From: Escherichia phage TH12
Sequence record: MT446390.1
Reading direction: 5' to 3' (one strand)
DNA: 64,000 nt
How positions within the stretch are numbered: the first letter of the stretch is position 1; each line of letters starts with the position of its first letter. The notes under the pieces are model-generated. The model had not been told where the DNA came from and searched no databases. It was given only the letters and a program-made list of their open reading frames with translations. The position numbers and the translations under genes are program-made. Below are positions 8,941 through 19,000 of the stretch, piece by piece.

Positions 8941-9091
8941 TCTTCAGAACGTAGTAGAGGCCGAACGTGAGCGTGAGGCTTTAATCTATATTGAACTATT
9001 GGCCTCGTTCTTAGCCTTACACTCGTACGAACAGGAAGACTACATTGATTACGTTAAAAGCGTAGAAAAAGCCGTTTACAATCAACACTGA
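8930..9091 (+). CDS. hypothetical protein (53 aa)
   Basis: Internal ATG of ORF-track 8876..9091 overlapping the previous stop; weak. Confidence 0.35.
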   Translation: MSHNLQNVVEAEREREALIYIELLASFLALHSYEQEDYIDYVKSVEKAVYNQH

Positions 9092-9137
9092 TAATGGTAC
9101 TATACTCCTAACAATTAAGTGGAATGAATAAAACGTT

Positions 9138-9410
9138 ATGAATAAAGACATTGAAATCGTACGTGAAATTATTACTATTGCTTCTATTTTGATTAAATTC
9201 TCTAGGGAAGATATTGTTGAAGACCGAGCAAATTTCATCGGATTCTTGAATGAGATTGGAATTAAAAAAGATGGTCGGCAGCTAAATCAGAATTCGTTCA
9301 GAAAACTAATTACAAATTTAACTGCCGAAGAAAAGAAAACACTGATTAGTGAATTCAATGAAGGTTTTGAAAATATTTATCGCCATTTGACGATGTATTC
9401 TAACAACTAA
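9138..9410 (+). CDS. asiA: anti-sigma70 factor AsiA
   Basis: 90 aa; MNKDIEIVREIITIASILIKFSREDIVEDRANFIGFLNEIG matches recalled T4 AsiA (90 aa). Confidence 0.9.
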   Translation: MNKDIEIVREIITIASILIKFSREDIVEDRANFIGFLNEIGIKKDGRQLNQNSFRKLITNLTAEEKKTLISEFNEGFENIYRHLTMYSNN

Positions 9411-10082
9411 TTATTTAGCCCGCCCTAATATCCTTGCTGCTTGGTTGCATATTGCAGCCAAGCGTTCTTCATTTAGCACATCCGATCCCTTATACCAATA
9501 CATAGAAACAGTTCCCGCATATATGTTATCCAAATTGAAGTAAGGACAACTATACATATACGCCAGTTCCGGAGTTTTTGATTTGGTAGGTAAGAAAGCA
9601 AAATCTGTTTTAGAAGTAAAGTGAAGTCCACTTAAATGGACCGAATATTCTGCTGTCGTTTTATCAACAGGAAATCCTCCCATAGATTTTTCAGTTACTG
9701 TGCTAGGTAACTTACCTTCATACGCAATAAGGTCGACGAAATAATTTAGATTTTTAGGTCTGAAAGAATACACCGAACTAAAATCCGCCCTTGATGTGAC
9801 GTGGACTATTTGTAGTTGTTCTAAAGCCGCAGATTCAAATCGTGTATTTCTTTCTTTTTGAATTACTTCTGTGTAAGTATCATATTTCGACCTCACGTAA
9901 TAATCCATAAAAATATTCCCTTTGTACCATATTAGTGCCATTAGGAACAAAAGAACTACAACAGCAACTCTTGAAATAAGAATATTTCCAGAGGCGTTAT
10001 CTTTGAAAATGCGGTCTAGCAACCCAAATAAAATATCACTAGGCGAAAATGATACTTTTGGTGCTGCCATATTACCTCCCAT
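9411..10082 (-). CDS. t: holin T
   Basis: 223 aa; single N-terminal TM plus large periplasmic domain; matches recalled T4 T holin. Confidence 0.9.
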   Translation of the reverse strand: MGGNMAAPKVSFSPSDILFGLLDRIFKDNASGNILISRVAVVVLLFLMALIWYKGNIFMDYYVRSKYDTYTEVIQKERNTRFESAALEQLQIVHVTSRADFSSVYSFRPKNLNYFVDLIAYEGKLPSTVTEKSMGGFPVDKTTAEYSVHLSGLHFTSKTDFAFLPTKSKTPELAYMYSCPYFNLDNIYAGTVSMYWYKGSDVLNEERLAAICNQAARILGRAK

Positions 10083-10089
10083 TTATCAA

Positions 10090-10097
10090 TATTTATA
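10090..10097 (-). promoter_or_regulatory. late promoter TATAAATA for t
   Basis: Minus-strand TATAAATA about 10 nt upstream of the RBS GGGAGG/ATG of t. Confidence 0.5.
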
Positions 10098-10115
10098 ATT
10101 GAGAGGTATTATCGT

Positions 10116-10895
10116 TTAAATCCAGGAGCCGTAGATTGTGCCTGTAGCACCCCATGACGGTGAACTTCCGAATACTGCTCTGCCAGGAGCACCGCCGCCA
10201 GATCTAGATAAGTGATTACCCCATCCATCTCCGCCCCGACCTCCAGCATCCCCGCCATTACCACCGCCGAATTGGGAAGTGTAACCGGCGCCGCCCGGGG
10301 CGTCATAACTAGCATTACCACCAGGCCAATTAACGCCGCCTCCGCCGAGGCCAAATGGTCTACCACCACCGCCACCTGCTGTAGCATTTGGCGCCCAGCT
10401 ATTCTGTAATGACACTGCACCACCTCCGCCACCGCCTGATGCAATAACGCCATAGTTCCAAATACGAAGTCTTCCGCCGATATCATTTTGGATTACATCG
10501 CCACCATTAGTGCCTGGGTTTCCGTTTACAGTACCGTTACCACCTCGTCCCCACATATGAACTCCGCCATGAATATTCAAAGTAACATATTCATTTGGCG
10601 TATCGCCATACATAAAGAATAATGGAACATCTTTACTATATGATACCAAATTTCCGGTGATATTAAACACTATAGGTGCACTACCTGCCTCAAAACATCT
10701 ATCTCGGAACCATTGACCATTGAAGTTATGGTCTGCTCCAAGTGTGTGAATTATTTCTCTTGAACGGCCCGCGAATTGGGACATCCATGAAGGGTTTCCT
10801 AAACGAAGTTCCCTTGAAGCAGCCGTCATCCATCTTTGCCCCGTTTCAGCAACGGCTGAAGTCCCAATCCAACCAGGGATTCCTACTACTGCCAT
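10116..10895 (-). CDS. 38: long tail fiber adhesin gp38, T2/T6 type with glycine-rich motifs
   Basis: 259 aa; N-terminus [11 protein letters not shown]...RWM...[43 protein letters not shown] and poly-Gly blocks (GGGGGG, GGGGG, GGGG) typical of T2-like gp38 adhesins. Confidence 0.85.
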   Translation of the reverse strand: MAVVGIPGWIGTSAVAETGQRWMTAASRELRLGNPSWMSQFAGRSREIIHTLGADHNFNGQWFRDRCFEAGSAPIVFNITGNLVSYSKDVPLFFMYGDTPNEYVTLNIHGGVHMWGRGGNGTVNGNPGTNGGDVIQNDIGGRLRIWNYGVIASGGGGGGAVSLQNSWAPNATAGGGGGRPFGLGGGGVNWPGGNASYDAPGGAGYTSQFGGGNGGDAGGRGGDGWGNHLSRSGGGAPGRAVFGSSPSWGATGTIYGSWI

Positions 10896-10925
10896 ATAAA
10901 CCTCCAGGGCCCGAAGGCCCTTTTA

Positions 10926-13900
10926 TTATTTTATCAATGATTTAATTAATGCTTTCAATTCGGCAATTTCAGATTTCAATTCCTTGATTTCATCTGTATG
11001 CTCGTTTATTGCAGCTGTATTTAAACCAACAATACCGTTATAGTTCAAACGAAGCAGTCCGGTCTCTTTATCTTCAGAAACAAGTTCAGGTAATACTTCT
11101 TGAACTTCCTGAGCAATTAAACCTGCGGACGGTTTAACTTCGTCTGTAACAGAGTTTTTAAGCAGATAAGTATAACCGCCCAATAGTTTAGATTTCTCTT
11201 GAGCGTTCTTAATAAGCTTAATTTCCGACTTACAACGAATATCAGAACGAATATAAACGTCGTTAACATCAATGTTATCACGAACATACATACCTGCATT
11301 ACAGTGGAAGTTAACATCACCGAATGTCTGAGCTAAACCAGGTCTAAAACTAAACACACCTTGGCCGTTTGCATATGCGTTGAAAATACCATCGTTTTCC
11401 CAAAGCAAACCGGTATCGTTATCTCCAAGTACAATACACGGCCCGCCCCATGCAGGGTCACCACCACCAGCTGATACTCTACTGCTCTTAAGTAAGCTTG
11501 GAGCATAAAAAGTGCCGTTATGATGGAATTCATATACAGCTTGTGGGTCGTAACCGTTTTCCTGATTACCTACACGAATAATACCTTGTGCCCATGTATT
11601 AGTAATGCGTCGCATACCAAAATCTACACCAGATATGTATCCTTCATTAGTAATACCGGATTTTCCTTTAATAATAGGATAATAACTATCATTACCAACA
11701 TTACCAAAATCTACAAATACCGGTGCTTCTTGATTCCATTGATTTCCCCAACCACCTCCCTGGTGTGCGGTCCATTGTGTACCGTTTATATGGAGGCGGT
11801 CTCTATTAAAATTAAATGTTCCTTGGCCTTGAGGAGAAAGTGATATTTCTCCGTTATTTGTTATATATACACCGCCTTGTGTAACATAACTGTAAAAACC
11901 TAGACCATTGTCGGCACCGCCTTTACCAATATACCAATTATTGACCCCGGCCGTATCGGAACGAATAAATGATGAATCACTGGCCAAAGGAGGATTAAGA
12001 ACTATTCCAGCAGCATCTTTATTAATCCAAAGAGTGCCGGTCATCGTATCACCTTCTTTGGCAACACGAGTAGCTATTGCATCGCGAATATTAGTTACGT
12101 CGCCTGCAGAAGTAAACGTTTTCCAAATATCCGAGAAAATATTACCATTACGAGCAATAGCAGCTTCACCACCACCGACCAGAACATTATCAGGGAAATT
12201 AACTGTACCATCCATATTAAATCTTGATGTATGGCCTTGTGAACCATCTTCTTTCAGATGATGAATAACGAATGTACCTGATTCAATTTCGGTACCTAAA
12301 GACCAAACAGATTTACCGTTTAAAAACTTCTGTTTAACAATAGGATAATATTTGCTTACAGCATCATCATCAATTTCCTGGAAAATAGGAGCCGCTTGAG
12401 CATATTGAATGTCATAACCGCCGGCACCCGCTCCATGACCAACAAATTTAATATAACCGTTAGCAGCGAACGTATTGTAACTTGATTGTAAATCTGGAAT
12501 AGTAACTTTACCAGTATCTAAAGCCATACTAAATGGGCGAAGTGGACCAATATCGCCATCTTTGCCTTCGCCATAAGCAGTTGGAATAATATGAAGACTT
12601 CCTTCTGAACGTCTAAAAATGGCTCCATAATCTGCGTTCCAAATACGAAGAGCATTCACTGCTCCAGATGAAATTTCACCTGTTGTGTGAACTCCTCTAT
12701 CTCCAGCAGTAACACCAGATGATTCAAATGAACCATTAACGTTCATTTCTACTTCGCCAGTAGTAAGTCTTTGAATATAGCTCATCCAGCTAGTTGCATC
12801 AGAAATTTCCATAATGTTTTTACGGATACCTCCGCTTGGATCAACAAACGTATTACCCCAAACTTTAATATCCATATTATCAACCGAGCTGTATCCTGTT
12901 GTGTTGCCTCTAAACATTAGTGTAGAAGAATTATTTCTACCATCTATATTAACAGAACCGCCAATAACATCAATATTACCTGGAGTAACTAACAAACCGC
13001 CGTGAGTATTAATGTTTGTAGTACCCTTACCGCGAAAATAATGATGATAGTTACCGCCTTGATAATATCCTAAAAGAGTTTGACCGTCACCGTATGCGTT
13101 ATTATCATGGTAAGTAACAACAGTAGCCAAAGCATAGTTTTCTGTCGGTGGCGTTGTCATAAGAAGCCCATCTGGAGAATAACCCATAACCATTTTTCTA
13201 AGGCTTTGTGTTTCTGCAGGGCCGTAGATGAAAGTTCTTGTTCCATTGTTTACTGTATGGAAATATCCATCCTGGTGCCATTTTAACCCGGTGTCATTAT
13301 CGCCAATAGCAATAGAACCTTTACCTAAGGCTGAATATGTCATAGGACTTGATTCCATACCTACTGCAATTGAATGGCCTGCTTGAAGCCCACCGGAATA
13401 AGAAAATGACAACATGTAATCAGTAGGGGTTGAACCAGAATACCAACTGATGCCGTTATTTTCACAAATTTCATGGAGCATTGCGGCCGCCGGGTCGGTA
13501 CGTACGACACGTAAATTATTTTTATCTGTGTTAGAATTATTATTTGCTAATGAATAGATGTCATAATCACCGGCCTTCTTCCCGTCTGTAATGACTTTGT
13601 CAGTCAAAATCTGAGGAGTTGACATAGATTTCCGTGCCGATACTTCAGGTGAAATAAATTGTCCATTGCCTGAAAATGCATAAATGCTTTCGCTACCAGC
13701 GGCGTAGTCTTGAACCCTGATATTAAGTACTTGTGTAGTTAATCCATCATTAGCCGGGGCATAAATGATTCCACGTTCGCGGCTATTGCCATCGAAAAAA
13801 CGAACATGTGCTGTATCTGAACTTTTTGTAATAAGTTCACCGCCTTCAGTCATAATCTGCCCAGCGGCAATAATATCACGAGTTACTCGAGCAATACCAG

Positions 13901-14165
13901 TTAAATTAAAATTACCTGTCTGAGTGAAGGTGCCATTTAAAGTATAATCGCCGGTTTGGTTATAATTACCTGTATGAATAACATTCCCGTCAATACTACC
14001 GCCTTTAGCAAAACCTAGATCAATAATATTTCCTTGGTCATCTTTAGTAAAAAGTACACGGTCTTTTAAGTTTATAGCCAATTCACCTTCGGCTAATACT
14101 GAAGCGGCAGGACGTGCTCCTGCAGTTTTGCTTCTTTTAAATTGTATTTGTTTTAAAGTAGCCAT
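10926..14165 (-). CDS. 37: long tail fiber distal subunit gp37 (with C-terminal intramolecular chaperone-like domain)
   Basis: 1079 aa beta-rich fiber protein at the gene 37 position; C-terminal ~106 aa resembles the self-cleaving chaperone domain of fibers/endosialidases. Confidence 0.9.
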   Translation of the reverse strand: MATLKQIQFKRSKTAGARPAASVLAEGELAINLKDRVLFTKDDQGNIIDLGFAKGGSIDGNVIHTGNYNQTGDYTLNGTFTQTGNFNLTGIARVTRDIIAAGQIMTEGGELITKSSDTAHVRFFDGNSRERGIIYAPANDGLTTQVLNIRVQDYAAGSESIYAFSGNGQFISPEVSARKSMSTPQILTDKVITDGKKAGDYDIYSLANNNSNTDKNNLRVVRTDPAAAMLHEICENNGISWYSGSTPTDYMLSFSYSGGLQAGHSIAVGMESSPMTYSALGKGSIAIGDNDTGLKWHQDGYFHTVNNGTRTFIYGPAETQSLRKMVMGYSPDGLLMTTPPTENYALATVVTYHDNNAYGDGQTLLGYYQGGNYHHYFRGKGTTNINTHGGLLVTPGNIDVIGGSVNIDGRNNSSTLMFRGNTTGYSSVDNMDIKVWGNTFVDPSGGIRKNIMEISDATSWMSYIQRLTTGEVEMNVNGSFESSGVTAGDRGVHTTGEISSGAVNALRIWNADYGAIFRRSEGSLHIIPTAYGEGKDGDIGPLRPFSMALDTGKVTIPDLQSSYNTFAANGYIKFVGHGAGAGGYDIQYAQAAPIFQEIDDDAVSKYYPIVKQKFLNGKSVWSLGTEIESGTFVIHHLKEDGSQGHTSRFNMDGTVNFPDNVLVGGGEAAIARNGNIFSDIWKTFTSAGDVTNIRDAIATRVAKEGDTMTGTLWINKDAAGIVLNPPLASDSSFIRSDTAGVNNWYIGKGGADNGLGFYSYVTQGGVYITNNGEISLSPQGQGTFNFNRDRLHINGTQWTAHQGGGWGNQWNQEAPVFVDFGNVGNDSYYPIIKGKSGITNEGYISGVDFGMRRITNTWAQGIIRVGNQENGYDPQAVYEFHHNGTFYAPSLLKSSRVSAGGGDPAWGGPCIVLGDNDTGLLWENDGIFNAYANGQGVFSFRPGLAQTFGDVNFHCNAGMYVRDNIDVNDVYIRSDIRCKSEIKLIKNAQEKSKLLGGYTYLLKNSVTDEVKPSAGLIAQEVQEVLPELVSEDKETGLLRLNYNGIVGLNTAAINEHTDEIKELKSEIAELKALIKSLIK

Positions 14166-14173
14166 AAGTCCTC

Positions 14174-14830
14174 TTAATAATAGCCGAAATCTTGAACAGA
14201 ATCCTTAATAACAATTTGGTCAAATCGTGGAACATGCGAGGGTTGAGATGCAGGATTCTGTGAGAAAAAGTTTGGGGCGGTCAGCGCGCCGGTCATCGTA
14301 TCTCCTGAACGGAGTACACGACTGTTTGCATTAGCATTAACTGTATTTATTTGACTATCAACATAATCTTTGCGAGTAAGGTCGTAATTATTTAAAGGTG
14401 CTAACGTTGTGGCTCTGAATTGAGATGCTTCAATAACGCCTTTAGAACTTATATTACCGGTGCGAGTATCAATTACAACAGTTCTTTCACCTGTACCTTG
14501 AGATGATTTAAACCCAATACCATACCACGAAACAATATCCATGTTTGTTTGGTCGAATGTCGCGGCGTCACCACCACCAGAAAAAATACCATTCGTTTGG
14601 TCATCTGCTGTTTTGACTGCAATACCTTCGTTAAAGATTACCTTTTTGAGATATGTCCCACCATTTGCTTTAGATACGAAATCGTTATCAGCCGCTTTTG
14701 GCTTGTTATATTCGGTGTATAATTTAAATGTTTTATATAGGATGTCATCGCCAGCTGGCATTAAAGGAAAATTGCCTTGATGCCATATGACGGAACCACC
14801 AACTGTACTTCCGGCTTTTAAATCGGCCAT
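14174..14830 (-). CDS. 36: long tail fiber distal connector gp36
   Basis: 218 aa at the gene 36 position (T4 gp36 221 aa). Confidence 0.85.
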   Translation of the reverse strand: MADLKAGSTVGGSVIWHQGNFPLMPAGDDILYKTFKLYTEYNKPKAADNDFVSKANGGTYLKKVIFNEGIAVKTADDQTNGIFSGGGDAATFDQTNMDIVSWYGIGFKSSQGTGERTVVIDTRTGNISSKGVIEASQFRATTLAPLNNYDLTRKDYVDSQINTVNANANSRVLRSGDTMTGALTAPNFFSQNPASQPSHVPRFDQIVIKDSVQDFGYY

Positions 14831-14856
14831 TTCGTGTCTCCTTATTAATATTAAAG

Positions 14857-14864
14857 TATTTATA
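14857..14864 (-). promoter_or_regulatory. late promoter TATAAATA for gene 36
   Basis: Minus-strand GTATAAATAC followed by RBS AAGGAGA and the gp36 ATG. Confidence 0.5.
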
Positions 14865-14868
14865 CGCG

Positions 14869-14894
14869 AAAAGGAGACCGAAGTCTCCTTTATT
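14869..14894 (-). terminator. hairpin terminator after gene 35 (GGAGAC-TTCG-GTCTCC + T tract on minus strand)
   Basis: GC stem with tetraloop flanked by A run on plus and T run on minus strand. Confidence 0.5.
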
Positions 14895-16014
14895 CTGTGT
14901 ACTCTTTAAATTCCTGCCCAAATACCTTACCTGTGTCGTTAGATAACTGAGTAGGCAAGTCCATTATATCATTACCGGTTAACGATTCATCAATATAATT
15001 AACACGAATACCATTTATACCAAACTCAGCGGGTTTTGCTATACTTCCGTTACATGATACTTCAGTGAAAATAACATTTCTTAGTCCACCTTGACCGACT
15101 GAGGCCGTACGGTAACAATATACTGTAAAGCCATCAGCTTCAGCTGGTATTTCAACGTATTCTTCATATAGCTTCCACTCCCCGGCAGTTCCATCAAAGT
15201 TTATATCTTTAGATGATATAGGAGAGCTAGATGGAGACTTAAAGAAACGAATTGAAAGTCTTGTGGTTCCTTCCTCTAATAATTCTTCATCAGCCATTAA
15301 TTGAAATTTCAAATAAAGAAAATCTGTAGGCTTTAATCCATAGTTTGCGATAGGAGTAACAAGGGATGACGTAGGCATCCTTTTTATTTCATTGTTAGTT
15401 CCTCCAACAGGAGATAAAAACGTTTCTAGAGCTTCATATGTACGTCTAGGATAGCCGGTAGCACCTATATCAGCAATAGAGTCATATACAATATCTAATG
15501 GAGTTGCGTAATCAGAAATTGTTTTCTTATTACTGTATTTTATGTGTTCTAATGCAATAGTATTTTTACCTGAAACATAAAACGCTGAATATGAAATATC
15601 AACAAGACTAGCAACTTCAATTGACGGTATAACTGAACTCCCAGCAGCTTTAAACCATTCAATTATTTCCGGTGGCAAATTAAATTTGTTATTAGAAATA
15701 AATGCGAAAATGAAATTATCTGCGTATGTATTAACAAACGAAATAAATGCAGCTGAAGTTGCATTATTTGTAGGCGCAAAATTGTATAATTTACTATCAA
15801 CTATAGTTCCATTTTCCGGATTTATCACCCTAACATTTAGTCCAATACCAAAAGTCTGCAACCCTAAAGGCTCGTTTTGGAACAAAATATACGGATTAGT
15901 TGTTGAAAGCGGGCATGAACCCGCTATACTTAGCTTAAATCTAACTGAATTGCTTTCCGATAAAAACGGCGTTTGGACGTATCCATGTCCAAACCTTGCC
16001 ATAAATTTTTCCAT
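14890..16014 (-). CDS. 35: long tail fiber proximal connector (hinge) gp35
   Basis: 374 aa at the gene 35 position (T4 gp35 372 aa). Confidence 0.85.
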   Translation of the reverse strand: MEKFMARFGHGYVQTPFLSESNSVRFKLSIAGSCPLSTTNPYILFQNEPLGLQTFGIGLNVRVINPENGTIVDSKLYNFAPTNNATSAAFISFVNTYADNFIFAFISNNKFNLPPEIIEWFKAAGSSVIPSIEVASLVDISYSAFYVSGKNTIALEHIKYSNKKTISDYATPLDIVYDSIADIGATGYPRRTYEALETFLSPVGGTNNEIKRMPTSSLVTPIANYGLKPTDFLYLKFQLMADEELLEEGTTRLSIRFFKSPSSSPISSKDINFDGTAGEWKLYEEYVEIPAEADGFTVYCYRTASVGQGGLRNVIFTEVSCNGSIAKPAEFGINGIRVNYIDESLTGNDIMDLPTQLSNDTGKVFGQEFKEYTE

Positions 16015-16022
16015 ATAACCTC

Positions 16023-19000
16023 TTATTCAACCCATATAAATTTAACTGTTTTGTTAACCGGGTCTGGAACAATTCTCACATTTCCTAATTGTAAGAAGTC
16101 TCGAATAGTAAGGTTTCCAATAACAGCATTATCAGATGGGATAGCACCGACATCGCTAGGTGAAGGTGGGTTGCCACTATCAAATACCATTGCAAATGAA
16201 GTCCAAGCATCTTTATTTTTCTGCCAGGTACGAGTATAACGAATACTACCACCATTTGCACCTGTAGGATAACAAATCCAATCCTGATAAAGCGAATCTA
16301 AGCTATTGCCGAATTGAGTCAAAGTACCAGGATATTTAATTTCTTGGTCACGGTTACCTTTGCTATCACGCGTCCAGTATCCAGGGAATTGGCTATATAC
16401 AGCAGAATCGTTAATGTCAATAGACCAAAAACCTACAGTAGAAGCTGTTGGTTTATCGGTATAAACAGTGGCTGTTTTAACGCCGTTAGAAATAATTCTG
16501 CTATTTACAGTTAACCCACCGGTAGTTATTGTTGCACCACTCGTGATTTGAACACCATTGTCAAGACGAACTAAGCCTGTGGCGTTGTTAATCGTGATCG
16601 GGCGTAAGTTATTAAACGTCCCGGTCTGGTCACCTGAGTTAGTTAATGCAATATAAGAACTGTTACCAGCATTATAAAGCATAACACCATAGTTACCATT
16701 AATAGCTCTGAATGCAATAGGAGAACTAGAAACAATTTCGCCTGTAGCACTAATAGGCCCTGTAAAGGTAGAAACACCTGTAACATTTAATCCATTTGTA
16801 GAAACAATACCTGTTGAATAAAGTGTTCCATTAATATTAAATGATACTCTATTATCAGCAGCGCGCTGAGAATAGAAATGGTATCCGGTTTCGTCACCCG
16901 CTTCAAATACTGTATCACGGGCACCATCTGTAGCGCTATTACCCCATGCTCTAACAACGAAATTCTCTTTATTACTAAGAGATTGGGTTCCTTTAGTGAA
17001 AATTATTTCAGAACCGCTAGAATCATTAAGAGTTAATCTACGAGTAACAGATGCTTCGGAACCAAAAGAAGCAGTGCTTGTAGATACTAAAGGAGCACTC
17101 AGGTTGGTCTGTTTAGTAAGACTTAAAGAACCATTAACCGTCTGGTCGATGTCTCTACGGATGAACTGAAGAGAATCTAGACCATCTAACAAATTACTAT
17201 CAGCTGCTTTAGCTTTCAACGGTAAGTAGTTAGCAAGTACACGGTTTAATTCATATGGTGATACCGCATAGCTATTTTTCTCATATGATTCTAAAGATTG
17301 TGTTGAACCAACTGTATCATTACCAACAAATGTAATAGAACCAGATGAAGTTTTAACGAATCCACGAATTGCCGTAGTAGCAGTCCATGATGGTTCTGAT
17401 TGAACAATCCATTTTAAATTCTTAGGTGATACAGCAGTATTAGCAGAAGTTCCTGTTACAGTTTCAGCCTGAGTAGCAACCTTAATTACGCCTTCAGACG
17501 TTTCAGTGGACTTAGTCCCTAAAAGCTTTTTAGGAGTAATAAGAACATCATCTAAAGTTCCTGCATTAGATTCTGCCTGGGTCGCTACGCGAAGTGTACC
17601 GCGTTGTGTTTCATTTGCTTTAGAAATATCAAGAGTATAATGGTTCCACAAGGTTCCTTCTTCAATAAGTCCGGAATCAGAATTAACACTGGTACGGTCA
17701 GAAGAATCAAAATGAGTTTTAATTTTCAGTGGAGACGAGATACGAGTATCATCAGTTCCAGTATCAAATTCAACTTGCGTAGCAATTTCAGCTATGCCAG
17801 ATAATCCTTCCGTAGCTTTCCTATCATTTAACGTCTTAGGCGTTACTGCTCTAGTATAATCAGTTCCAGTGTTAGTTTCTGCTTGCGTAGCAATTTCAAT
17901 TAAACCAATACGTCCATCAGTAGAAGTTTTCTTATGCAGAGTTTCAGGGGTCACTACAGCATTAGGCCAACCTGCTTGTGATTCGCCAGCGATAACTTCA
18001 CTTTCAATAGCAAGAATTACTGCACCTTGCTGAGTAGGGGTAGCTTTATATTGGTCAAGGGCCTTTGGAGAAATAGTTAAATTATCTACGGCTTTGTTAT
18101 AAACGTTAGTCCCAGCATTACCACGAATAGTAGCAGCTGTAGTACCAGTCGTAGATGTGTATTTTACAATACCAGATAAAACTTCAGAACCTTGACGGGC
18201 ATCCAATTTCTTAGGAGTAATAATAGTGGTGTCATCTGTTCCAGCATTAGTTTCAGCCTGAGTTGCAACTTCAGCAACACCTCTACGGGTTTCAGTTGCT
18301 GTACGTTCGTTCAATTTCTTAGGAGAAATAATCAAGTCGTCTTGGAATGCAAAATCGGTATTCTGGTTAACTTGTGCAGTTGTTGCAATACGAGCAATAC
18401 CACGACGAGTTTCAGTTGCTGTACGATTTGCTAATGTTTCCGGAGTAATAGCCAGTTCTTTACCAGGAGCATTTTCTAAATCGACATTTGCTTGCGCTTG
18501 AGAAGCAAGAGCAATAACACCTAAACGAGCTCGAGTGGTATTGCTCGATGCATCGACTCGTTCGACGGTTACAGTGTTTTGTTGAACTACCCAATATTTT
18601 GTTTCAGATGAATAATCTTCTATATAAGCTAACTCAAGTACAGGTACATACGAAGTATCGCCATTAAATTCCAGCTCACTAACAGAAACCCATTGTGCAT
18701 CAGGTGGATACTCTGAACGTTTTGGGAACTGTAATAAAGAAATACTGGTAGCAATTGTATCGCCTTCAGCAGCTTTAATTTTTACAGTTTGCCCTTTACG
18801 CATATAATTCAACGATATTTTAACAGTATCGCCAGACAAAATATCTGTAGGCAAAGTAAGATTTACCGTCGAGATTGTATCATTATTAGTTCCAAAAACA
18901 AGAACTTCTTCATTAGGGCGTAAATCAGTATCATTACGAACTATACGTAAACGAGATTTCTGGTCACCTTCCCAAACACGCCATAAGCTATTAGCAGAAT

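Noticed and set aside
10109-10486. Minus-strand 125-aa ORF and plus-strand ORF 10212..10409 inside the gp38 region
   Set aside because: Both lie within or antisense to the gp38 glycine-rich coding sequence; the GC-rich GGN/CCN repeats create long open frames in several phases. gp38 (10116..10895) explains the region.
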